Part shown: positions 1 to 6,784 of the stretch, in pieces
Numbering within the stretch: position 1 is the first letter of the stretch
How the letters are laid out: every line of letters starts with the position of its first letter
Assembly (NCBI GenBank): GCA_950072105.1
Contig: CATMOE010000091.1
Span: 1-10,795, forward strand
Direction: 5' to 3'
Length of the DNA stretch: 10,795 nt
Origin: an uncultured Dehalococcoidia bacterium
GTDB taxonomy: Bacteria > Chloroflexota > Dehalococcoidia > Lucifugimonadales > UBA3495
Position numbers and translations under genes: made by a program
The notes under the pieces: generated by a model
Told to the model about the DNA's origin: nothing
Seen by the model: only the letters and a program-made list of their open reading frames with translations
The model's database searches: none

Positions 1-135
1 GTAGAGCACCAACTGGCGGCCTTCCCAGAGATCAACGGCCAACTAACTCCTGAAGGACGGAAAGCCAAGGGCCAGGCCAAATCACGCCGGAACCAGATCA
101 AGGACCGTCTAGTCAAAAAAGGCCTCCCTGTTTAA
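1..135 (+). CDS. 3' end of a hypothetical protein (5' truncated by window), probable island cargo
   Basis: Frame 1 is open from base 1 to TAA at 133-135: VEHQLAAFPEINGQLTPEGRKAKGQAKSRRNQIKDRLVKKGLPV*. Basic, protein-like C-terminus with no recognisable family. Confidence 0.6.
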   Translation, partial: VEHQLAAFPEINGQLTPEGRKAKGQAKSRRNQIKDRLVKKGLPV

Positions 136-297
136 CCGATTTTTAACGTCGACCGATCTTCCGACCAATCTTTCTACCATAGAAACAGGGTGGGGCTCGA
201 CCCATACGGGTTCTTCACCCCGGTACCGGAAACCCACGCCAATGCTCGCTGGAGTGGACCACCCGGTATCCGTCTCCCACGATAGGAAGGTGACCGG

Positions 298-601
298 TTG
301 TTCGCAGAAACCTTGAAGCGGCTAAGAATCAAGTCTGGCAAGTCCCGGTACAAATTGGCCCAGTACAGTGAGTTGAGTGAGCCCTACATACTCCGATTGG
401 AATCCGGGGAGCGCGCCAACCCCAGCCGGGACGTGGTGGTCAGGCTGGGCATGGCGCTGGCACACGGCGTCTCGTCCATCGAGATCTGGGATATGGATGC
501 CCTTGCTCTCCGCCGATTACGCACCTCTGCGCCGCCGGGGAGATGGCGGTGGTGCCACTTCCGGTGCCGAGGGTCCACAGGATGCTTCTTCACGGGACTG
601 A
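298..601 (+). pseudogene. XRE-family helix-turn-helix regulator, apparently frameshifted near 500-503 (or a sequencing error)
   Basis: TTG start with AGGAAGG at 284-290. FAETLKRLRIKSGKSRYKLAQYSELSEPYILRLESGERANPSRDVVVRLGMAL is a typical HTH_XRE. The expected continuation LLSADYAPL (cf. the LLLAAGYAP motif after many XRE HTHs) is in the +1 frame from 503, ending at 601. The unshifted frame runs to 609 with a non-family tail. Confidence 0.7.
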
Positions 602-625
602 CAGGTTGATGCCAACTCGATCCCT

Positions 626-1687
626 TCATCGGCGCCTTCTCCCGGTGTTCGGGTAGATGCGAATTTTCTTGGCGCCTTGGGTATCGCCGTTGAATGCGTG
701 ACTGAACTGCCGGTCTCCCGCCACCTCGAGGTGGTCCAACGGAGAGAATCCCTGGCTCCTGATAGCGGCGGTTTGAGCGGCGATGTGAAGGTAGTGCTCC
801 ACCATGGTCAATGTGGTATGGCCCAGGTTCTGCTTCAAAAGGAAGACGTCCCCTCCGTTCAAGAGGAACATGGTGGCGTAAGTGTGGCGGAGAAGATGGG
901 GATGGAGCCTGTCCACTCCCGAAGACTTGGACAGGCGTTTTATCAGAGACTTGAGAGAGTCCGCCGTCAACGGGTATCCGTCGATGCTCAGGAAGAAGGT
1001 TTCCACCTTCGAGTGGGCTGGATCACCTCTATAACGTTGCCGGTACTGGAACAGGGCCTTCCGGCAGGCGGTACCGAAGGACACCACTCGCTCCTTGGAC
1101 CCCTTTCCCATGGCCTTGACGTACTGTCCCTCAAGGTGAACGTCCCTGTCCTTGAGACCGGCCACTTCCGATATCCGGAGCCCCGTATCCAGCATGATGG
1201 TTACCAGGGCCGTATTCCGGGCTCCCAGAGCCGTCTTGGGGTTGATGGTCCTCATGATTTGGTCGATCTCCTCCCGGTTGAGGGGTTCGATCACCAGGTC
1301 GGCGGTCTTGGGCTGCTTGAGGTTCTGGAGGACGTGCTCATCGGTGTATCCCTGCCGGTGCAGCCATCCGAAGAAGGACCGGAGGGCGTTGACCCTGTTG
1401 TACATGGTATGGGTGGACATGGTCTTGGCCTTGGTGCCCGGTTTTTCCTGGAGGAAGAGGATGAACCTACGGATCATCATCTCGTCGGCGTGATCCAATG
1501 TGGTGGGAGTATCACGGCTTTCCAGCCAATGGCAGAGCTGCCCCAAGACCAAGTTGTACCACTCCACGGTGCGGGGGGATTTCCCCTCGGTCCGGTTGTG
1601 GATCTCGAAGTGCTCCATGAGCTCGGGTAGGTCGATGATTTTTCTATGCATAAGACCGCTTTGCCGCCTTTCGGTTGCTACCACCAT
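626..1687 (-). CDS. Tyrosine recombinase/integrase (phage integrase family, N-terminal SAM-like domain), ~353 aa
   Basis: Complete catalytic set: R (LDTGLRISE), K (GKGSKER), HxxR (HPHLLRHTYAT), H (NLGH), Y (VEHYLH). Start placed at ATG 1687 (MVVATERR) with GGAGG at 1704-1700. The ORF-track start at 1810 runs through repeats and a terminator-like region. Confidence 0.93.
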   Translation of the reverse strand: MVVATERRQSGLMHRKIIDLPELMEHFEIHNRTEGKSPRTVEWYNLVLGQLCHWLESRDTPTTLDHADEMMIRRFILFLQEKPGTKAKTMSTHTMYNRVNALRSFFGWLHRQGYTDEHVLQNLKQPKTADLVIEPLNREEIDQIMRTINPKTALGARNTALVTIMLDTGLRISEVAGLKDRDVHLEGQYVKAMGKGSKERVVSFGTACRKALFQYRQRYRGDPAHSKVETFFLSIDGYPLTADSLKSLIKRLSKSSGVDRLHPHLLRHTYATMFLLNGGDVFLLKQNLGHTTLTMVEHYLHIAAQTAAIRSQGFSPLDHLEVAGDRQFSHAFNGDTQGAKKIRIYPNTGRRRR

Positions 1688-1778
1688 GATGCTTACTTGC
1701 CTCCAAATTGGGAATTGTCTCGTGGGCAAGCATTTGGCGGACGGGCCGGAAACGTTTTTTATGCAGGGGGTCGGATAA

Positions 1779-1800
1779 GGTCTTTTTTGGTCTTTTTTGG
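1779..1800. repeat. Tandem 10-bp direct repeat (GGTCTTTTTT x2 + GG), possible integrase arm-type/accessory binding sites
   Basis: ggtcttttttggtcttttttgg is read directly. It lies between the integrase start and the tRNA 3' end. Function is inferred. Confidence 0.55.
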
Positions 1801-1808
1801 CAACGGCC

Positions 1809-1836
1809 AAAAGAAAAAAGCCACCCCAGTGGGTGG
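1809..1836 (-). terminator. Intrinsic terminator downstream of tRNA-Pro
   Basis: Minus strand: CCACCC-ACTG-GGGTGG hairpin (1836-1821) followed by CTTTTTTCTTTT, starting 35 nt after the CCA end. Confidence 0.7.
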
Positions 1837-1870
1837 TCTTCAGGCACGAATTAAGCTGATTTCAGGGTTT

Positions 1871-1947
1871 TGGTCGGGGCGGCCCGATTCGAACGGGCGG
1901 CCCCCTGCACCCCATGCAGGTGCGCTACCTGGCTGCGCTACGCCCCG
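1871..1947 (-). tRNA. tRNA-Pro (anticodon GGG), 77 nt, CCA encoded
   Basis: The reverse complement folds as a cloverleaf: CGGGGCG TA GCGC AGCCAGGTA GCGC A CCTGC ATGGGGT GCAGG GGGCC GCCCG TTCGAAT CGGGC CGCCCCG A CCA. C1-G72 and A73 match bacterial tRNA-Pro. Confidence 0.97.
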
Positions 1948-2008
1948 ACTGCTCCAAGAATATCATACCCGGTATGCTGCTTCAACTTCGGCCAGCCGGC
2001 CCCGGTAC

Positions 2009-2037
2009 TTGATAGCAGCGCGAACCGTCGGCATAAT
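2009..2037 (+). promoter_or_regulatory. Sigma70-type promoter for the CoA-transferase
   Basis: TTGATA (2009-2014), 17-nt spacer, CATAAT (2032-2037), 54 nt upstream of the ATG. Confidence 0.55.
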
Positions 2038-2091
2038 GCTGGTAGGTAGGATGACTAGTCTGGACCCGCGAACCCCGTTGGGAGGATTTTC

Positions 2092-3363
2092 ATGGCCGGA
2101 CCGCTGGACGGCATAAAGATCGCCGACTTTACTGAGATTATCGCCGGCCCGCTGGCAGGTAGGCTGCTGGCGGAAATGGGGGCCGACGTTATCAAGATTG
2201 AGCCGCCTTGGGGGGAGCCGTGGCGCCTCAATCAGCGGTTTACGCCCACCGAAAGCCGGGGGTTCATGGTCTATAACCGGGGAAAACGGAGTCTGCCCCT
2301 GGATCTGACCAAGCCCGAGTCTCAAGAGATCCTGGGCCGATTGATACCCCAGGTCGATGTCGTCCTGGCCAATTTCAGGCCCGACGTGGCCGCCAAGCTG
2401 GGTGTGGACTACCCCACCCTGGACAAGCTCAACCCGCGCCTGATCTACTGCGAAGTCACCGCCCACGGACGGGCCGGTCCTGAAGCTGACCGTCCCGGTT
2501 ACGACATGATTTTGCAGGCGATGTCGGGGCTGATGGCCTGCGAAACTAAGTTGGACAACGGCGTGCCCCAGCAGATCTGGTCTACTCCCCTGATCGACAC
2601 TACTGCCGGTTTTTGCTTGGCTTGGTGCGTGTGCGGAGCGCTGTTTGCCCGGGAGCAGACAGGAAAGGGGCAAAAAGTGGAGACCAGTCTCTTGGGTTCG
2701 GCCTTGGCCCTGTTGGGAGCTCGCTTCTTGAACGTGGAAGATCTGGACCGGGAAACGAGACATAAGGCGTTGCGAGACCTGGAGGAAAAGAGGGCTTCTT
2801 CGGCGAGTTACCAGGAGTTGCTAGACGCTTCGCCGGGCAGCCGCCGCCAGCGCCACCACGCTAACGTGTATTACCGGGTTTACCTGACTAAAGACAGTCC
2901 TATCAGCGTCGGCTGCCTCAGTGAACCGTTAAGGCGGCGCCTCCTGGACACTTTGGATCTAACCGACATTGGGTTGGAGCCCGGCTACGACCCCAACACA
3001 CCGGAGGCACTGGCATACGCCAAGGACTTGGAAGGCCAGGCGGAGAGAATCTTGATCAAGAACACCTCCGCCTACTGGCTAGAGCTTTTTGAAAGCAAGG
3101 GGATCCCCGCCGGTCCGGTCCGGTTCGTGGAGGAGTTGTTCGACGACCCGCAGATCCAAGCCAACGGTCTGGTGAATGAGGCGGAACACCGGGACGCCGG
3201 CAAGGTGAAGATGATGGGTCCCCTCGCCATGTTCAGCGGCACGCCCATGGCCCCTGAAATTTCGTCGCCCGCCTTGGGAGAACACACTTGGGAGATATTG
3301 GAGGAACTCGGGTATTCCGGCGACGAGATAAGCCGCTACAGGGATTCAGGGGCGACGGTCTGA
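2092..3363 (+). CDS. Family III CoA-transferase (CaiB/BaiF/Frc family)
   Basis: GPLDGIKIADFTEIIAGP...LAEMGADVIKIEPPWG, NRGKRSLPLDL, DVVLANFRP, NPRLIYC, PGYD, catalytic-Asp region PLIDTTAG, C-terminal SPALGEHT. GGAGG RBS at 2081-2085. Substrate not assignable. Confidence 0.95.
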   Translation: MAGPLDGIKIADFTEIIAGPLAGRLLAEMGADVIKIEPPWGEPWRLNQRFTPTESRGFMVYNRGKRSLPLDLTKPESQEILGRLIPQVDVVLANFRPDVAAKLGVDYPTLDKLNPRLIYCEVTAHGRAGPEADRPGYDMILQAMSGLMACETKLDNGVPQQIWSTPLIDTTAGFCLAWCVCGALFAREQTGKGQKVETSLLGSALALLGARFLNVEDLDRETRHKALRDLEEKRASSASYQELLDASPGSRRQRHHANVYYRVYLTKDSPISVGCLSEPLRRRLLDTLDLTDIGLEPGYDPNTPEALAYAKDLEGQAERILIKNTSAYWLELFESKGIPAGPVRFVEELFDDPQIQANGLVNEAEHRDAGKVKMMGPLAMFSGTPMAPEISSPALGEHTWEILEELGYSGDEISRYRDSGATV

Positions 3364-3399
3364 TCGGCGCCAGTCATGCTTGAGGTGGATACGATAAAA

Positions 3400-3426
3400 T
3401 AGGGACGCGGCATGCCGCGTCCCTAC
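3400..3426. repeat. Perfect 26-bp palindrome, GTAG-type REP-like element; may act as a bidirectional terminator
   Basis: TAGGGACGCGGCA|TGCCGCGTCCCTA (3400-3425) is exactly self-complementary. The minus strand begins GTAG at 3426. It lies between two convergent genes. Confidence 0.75.
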
Positions 3427-3543
3427 ATATTTCTCAGCGATTCCCACCTTCGGGAACCCTGTATGCCGGCTATTCTTCCTTTTGGCCGATTTGTCGGACT
3501 GCGCCGCTAAGCTCTTGGCTGAAAGTTGCCGTATTTCTGTGTT

Positions 3544-4341
3544 CTACCCCAGCCCTGACAGGAAATCGGTAACCACTTTGTTGAACTCCTGAGGCTTTTC
3601 CACCTGGGGCGAGTGACCGCACTGGTCGATGACTTCCAACTTGGCGTTGGGCAGCGCCTGCTGATATATCTCCCCGCATTCCAGGGGAATGATGGCGTCC
3701 TGCTTGCCCCATACGATCAGGGTTGGCGTGGTTACTTTGGTCAGATAGTGGGGCAAACTAGGGTTGTGCAGGTAAGGCTTCCAGCATAGGCGGGATGCCA
3801 TCTCCCGGTTGGAGTGCTCCACCAGGGCTTCCTCGGGAGTCATCTCCCGGGTGAGGTTCTCGTAATTGGGCACCTGGGAAGTGTCGAAAAACCGCTGCCC
3901 CGCCCTGGTTTGGGCCGACACCATGAATATCTCGGTAATCTCACCGTTAACGGGCCGAACTCCCGCAGCGTCGATCAGCACCAGCGCCTTCAGGTTCCGG
4001 TGGTCCATGGCCGCCATCTCCGCGGACAGCCAGCCGCCCATGGATGACCCCATCAGGATGTATTGGTCCAATCCCAACACTTGAATCATCTCCAAGTTGA
4101 AGTGGGCCATGTCGGTGATGGTGGAGATCCAGTCGGGCCGGGGTGTGCCATTGAACCCTGGCTGAGCGGGCGCATACACCGTGTATCGCCGGGAGAGGTC
4201 CTCGTGGTGCGTCTGCCAACCTGGCGTGCCGCCAGACCCGTGCAGATACACCAAAGGCGGCCCGGAGCCTCCGGAAAACATCTGGACTTCCGTCCCGCCA
4301 ACATTGAGCTTGGACTCGTTCTTACTCATAGTTGTGGTCAT
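3544..4341 (-). CDS. Alpha/beta fold hydrolase
   Basis: PLVYLHGSGG oxyanion region, GSSMGG nucleophile elbow (G-x-S-x-G), acid in VWGKQD, His in CGHSPQVEKP. RBS AAGGAAGGA at 4357-4349. Confidence 0.95.
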   Translation of the reverse strand: MTTTMSKNESKLNVGGTEVQMFSGGSGPPLVYLHGSGGTPGWQTHHEDLSRRYTVYAPAQPGFNGTPRPDWISTITDMAHFNLEMIQVLGLDQYILMGSSMGGWLSAEMAAMDHRNLKALVLIDAAGVRPVNGEITEIFMVSAQTRAGQRFFDTSQVPNYENLTREMTPEEALVEHSNREMASRLCWKPYLHNPSLPHYLTKVTTPTLIVWGKQDAIIPLECGEIYQQALPNAKLEVIDQCGHSPQVEKPQEFNKVVTDFLSGLG

Positions 4342-4440
4342 AAATCGATCCTTCCTTAAAGCCTACGCTCGGCCTGGTATAGTCGAAGCTCTGATCACAT
4401 GGAAAAACATAGCTTCTTGACGGACTTCGGGGGCAAAGGG

Positions 4441-4469
4441 ATTCTGGAACAGAAGCGATGGGTTGTCAA
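4441..4469 (-). promoter_or_regulatory. Sigma70-type promoter for the hydrolase
   Basis: Minus strand TTGACA (4469-4464), 17-nt spacer, CAGAAT (4446-4441). Confidence 0.5.
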
Positions 4470-4489
4470 GCCTGGTGAGCCTGGCGGCC

Positions 4490-4519
4490 TTGACAGTGAT
4501 AGGTCTGGGTCACTACCAT
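4490..4519 (+). promoter_or_regulatory. Sigma70-type promoter for tRNA-Gln
   Basis: TTGACA (4490-4495), 18-nt spacer, TACCAT (4514-4519), with an overlapping CATAAT at 4517-4522. Confidence 0.55.
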
Positions 4520-4590
4520 AATTTACGTGGGAACGCGCTTGTCCCGGGTTTCCTCCAAAGCTACTGGGACCGTCCTCCGGCATGACTCAC

Positions 4591-4664
4591 TGGGGATTAG
4601 TATAGTGGTAGTACGCCTGACTCTGGCTCAGGTGGCAGAGGTTCGAGTCCTCTATCCCCAGCCA
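4591..4664 (+). tRNA. tRNA-Gln (anticodon CTG), 74 nt, CCA encoded
   Basis: Cloverleaf: TGGGGAT TA GTAT AGTGGTA GTAC G CCTGA CTCTGGC TCAGG TGGC AGAGG TTCGAGT CCTCT ATCCCCA G CCA. U1-A72 and G73 are typical of bacterial tRNA-Gln. Confidence 0.96.
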
Positions 4665-4732
4665 ATTGCCTCATGCACTGCCGCTGTGCCAGATATTTCC
4701 GCTCCCGTCAACCCTCCCCTCTGCACCCCGAA

Positions 4733-4762
4733 TTGCCATTTGCGCATCCGATTCACTACAAT
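4733..4762 (+). promoter_or_regulatory. Sigma70-type promoter for the substrate-binding protein gene
   Basis: TTGCCA (4733-4738), 18-nt spacer, TACAAT (4757-4762). Confidence 0.45.
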
Positions 4763-4844
4763 GGGCGTAAGTTTATTTGTGGTTGGGTTTTCCCGGCCGC
4801 ACCGGCTGCCTGGTTGAAGTAATCGGTTGGATCGGAGGTTGAAT

Positions 4845-6596
4845 ATGCCGAGAGGTCTGCTCCTGGCCGTCAGTATAGGCGCTCTCTTGTTGGCCGCCTG
4901 CTCTCCTTCTGCCGAAGTGGCGCCCCAAACAGCAGACGGGGCGGCCAAGCCATCTGAAAAAAGTGTCGCGGCGGCTCCAGACTCCGCGTCTCAGAAGAGC
5001 GCCCAAGATAGCCCGGCGGTAGCCAAAGATCTCTCGCCGACGGCTCAACCCGGTAACGTGGTCCCACCGGACCGGGTGGAACATCCCGTGGGCGGCCGGT
5101 TGGTTCGGCTTTTCTCCGACCCGCCGACCCTAGACCCTCATATCACCACCGACTCCACGTCCGCCGTGATAGTCAATGAAGTGTTCGGCGGATTAGTTAC
5201 CATAAATCCCGAGATCGAGATTGTTCCGGACTTGGCCGAGGATTGGGACATCAGTCCAAACGGCAAGGTGTTTACCTTCCGCCTGCGTCAAGACGCCAAA
5301 TTTCACGACGGCAGACTGGTTGTGGCCGAGGATTTCCGATGGTCGCTGGAGCGCGCCGCCGACCCGCTAACTGAGTCTCCGGTGGCCGACTTGTATCTGG
5401 CTGATATTCTTGGCGTCGCCGACAAGCTAAGCGGAAAAACCCAGTCGATCAGAGGTCTGCGGGTTATCGACGACCATACGTTGGAGTTAACCATCGACGC
5501 TCCCAAGTCTTATTTCCTGGCCAAGATGACCTACCCAACCGGGTTCGTCGTGGACCGGCAAAACGTGGAAGGCAATAAGAACGATTGGGTCTTTGAGCCC
5601 AACGGCACCGGTCCGTTCCGGCTGGAGCGATACGAAATCGGCGAGACGATCATCCTGGGCCGCAACGACCTTTATCACTTGGGTCCGCCCTTCTTGGACA
5701 CAGTGGAATTCATCCTCAGCGGCGGCGACCCCATGCTGATGTACGAGAATGATGAGATCCACCTTACCGGCCTGGGTTTGGCCGACCTGGAGAGGGTACA
5801 AGACCCGGACAATCCTTTGCGCGCTGAGTTGGCCACCGCGCCACCGAGTTTCAGTGTGTCCTTCATTGGGTTGAATGTGAACGAACCGCCCTTTGACGAT
5901 CCAAAATTCCGGCTGGCCCTGAACTATGCCGTCAACAAAAAAGAGATCGCTACCTCCGCCCTTTCCGATCTGGTGGTCCCCGCCGTAGGCGTTATCCCGC
6001 CGGGCTTTCCCTCCTACAACACAGACCTCAAGGGGTATGGTTACGACCCGGAGAAGGCCAAACGGCTGCTCAGCGAGTCCCGTTACGGGGCAGATACCGG
6101 CTCCATTCCCCGCATAACCTTGTCCATCGCCGGGAACTTCGGAGCTTCGGTGGGCCTGGATATGGAGGTAATGCTCCGGTCGTGGCAGGAGACTCTGGGA
6201 GTTGAGGTGGAGATCCAGCAGACCGAGTGGGCCACCTTTTTGCAGGATTTGCACAAGCGCCGTTTCCAGATGTTCGTCATCGGTTGGGGCGCCGACTATC
6301 CCGACCCCGAGAACTTCCTGGACATTCTATTCCATAGTGAAAGCACCAACAACTGGGGGGCTTACAGCAATCGTGAGGTGGATTCCCTTCTCGAAAAAGC
6401 TCGCGTCGAGCCCGACCAGGTCGCGCGGTTCCAGCAATACAACGTTATCGAGCAATTGATCGTCGATGACGCCCCTTGGGTGCCCCTGTGGCACAGTACT
6501 GAACGGAAGGTATTGATCAAACCTCAGGTGAAAGACTATTTCTTGGTGCCGATGACCATCCCCAAACTGAGGCACGTGTACTTTAGCGATAACTAA
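4845..6596 (+). CDS. ABC transporter substrate-binding lipoprotein, family 5 (OppA/DppA-like)
   Basis: ATG 4845 with GGAGG at 4834-4838. Signal peptide with lipobox LAAC, Ala/Pro/Ser-rich tether, PPTLDP, family signature PDLAEDWDISPNGKVFTFRLRQDAKFHDG, NGTGPF, GWGADYPDPENFL. Confidence 0.95.
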   Translation: MPRGLLLAVSIGALLLAACSPSAEVAPQTADGAAKPSEKSVAAAPDSASQKSAQDSPAVAKDLSPTAQPGNVVPPDRVEHPVGGRLVRLFSDPPTLDPHITTDSTSAVIVNEVFGGLVTINPEIEIVPDLAEDWDISPNGKVFTFRLRQDAKFHDGRLVVAEDFRWSLERAADPLTESPVADLYLADILGVADKLSGKTQSIRGLRVIDDHTLELTIDAPKSYFLAKMTYPTGFVVDRQNVEGNKNDWVFEPNGTGPFRLERYEIGETIILGRNDLYHLGPPFLDTVEFILSGGDPMLMYENDEIHLTGLGLADLERVQDPDNPLRAELATAPPSFSVSFIGLNVNEPPFDDPKFRLALNYAVNKKEIATSALSDLVVPAVGVIPPGFPSYNTDLKGYGYDPEKAKRLLSESRYGADTGSIPRITLSIAGNFGASVGLDMEVMLRSWQETLGVEVEIQQTEWATFLQDLHKRRFQMFVIGWGADYPDPENFLDILFHSESTNNWGAYSNREVDSLLEKARVEPDQVARFQQYNVIEQLIVDDAPWVPLWHSTERKVLIKPQVKDYFLVPMTIPKLRHVYFSDN

Positions 6597-6669
6597 TAGG
6601 GCGAACGGCAAGGCCGGCCGTTCCATCAACATCACAGCGGGCCACCACACCCGCCCGATCGGATAGCGG

Positions 6670-6698
6670 TTGACACACGGTTGGACCGTCCGTATGAT
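6670..6698 (+). promoter_or_regulatory. Near-consensus sigma70-type promoter for the S49 peptidase operon
   Basis: TTGACA (6670-6675), 17-nt spacer, TATGAT (6693-6698). Confidence 0.75.
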
Positions 6699-6784
6699 GC
6701 CGAATGGCCTTGTGGTTGATCAAGTTGGTAAGCTACGCGAATTAATAGCGATGAGCACTAGGTTGGGAGCAGGAAAGCAGAAGA

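Larger units (their letters stand above)
1..1870. mobile_element. tRNA-proximal end of a putative integrative element/genomic island inserted at tRNA-Pro
   Basis: A tyrosine integrase lies directly downstream of, and co-oriented with, the tRNA-Pro 3' end, with an XRE regulator adjacent. No duplicated tRNA 3' fragment (distal att) was seen in the window, so the element would extend left of base 1. Confidence 0.7.

Noticed and set aside
677..1630. 317-aa ORF antisense to the integrase
   Set aside because: It lies wholly on the opposite strand of a clear integrase and has no motifs. Long antisense ORFs are expected in GC-rich coding DNA.
626..1687. Calling the recombinase xerC/xerD or an integron integrase
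   Set aside because: The tRNA-adjacent context favours an island integrase. No IntI-specific insertion or attC-like cassette array was seen.
1688..1810. 41-aa N-terminal extension of the integrase in the ORF track
   Set aside because: It crosses the repeat and terminator region and has no RBS, whereas ATG 1687 has an upstream GGAGG.
1646..2116. 156-aa plus-strand ORF
   Set aside because: It spans the tRNA-Pro antisense (WSGRPDSNGRPPAPHAGALPGCATPR is a typical tRNA shadow translation).
1963..2763. 266-aa minus-strand ORF
   Set aside because: Antisense shadow of the CoA-transferase.
4591..4664. tRNA-Gln as a suppressor/recoding tRNA or second integration site
   Set aside because: The anticodon is an ordinary CTG, U1-A72 is the normal bacterial feature, and there is no adjacent integrase or duplicated 3' end.
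4527..4817. 96-aa ORF and overlapping minus-strand ORFs around 4395-5084
   Set aside because: They overlap tRNA-Gln, promoters or the SBP gene and show no protein motifs.
5487..6254. 255-aa minus-strand ORF
   Set aside because: Antisense shadow of the substrate-binding protein.
6603..6623. Hairpin GAACGGC-N7-GCCGTTC after the SBP gene as an intrinsic terminator
   Set aside because: The stem is real but has no U-tract, so it is not supportable as a terminator.
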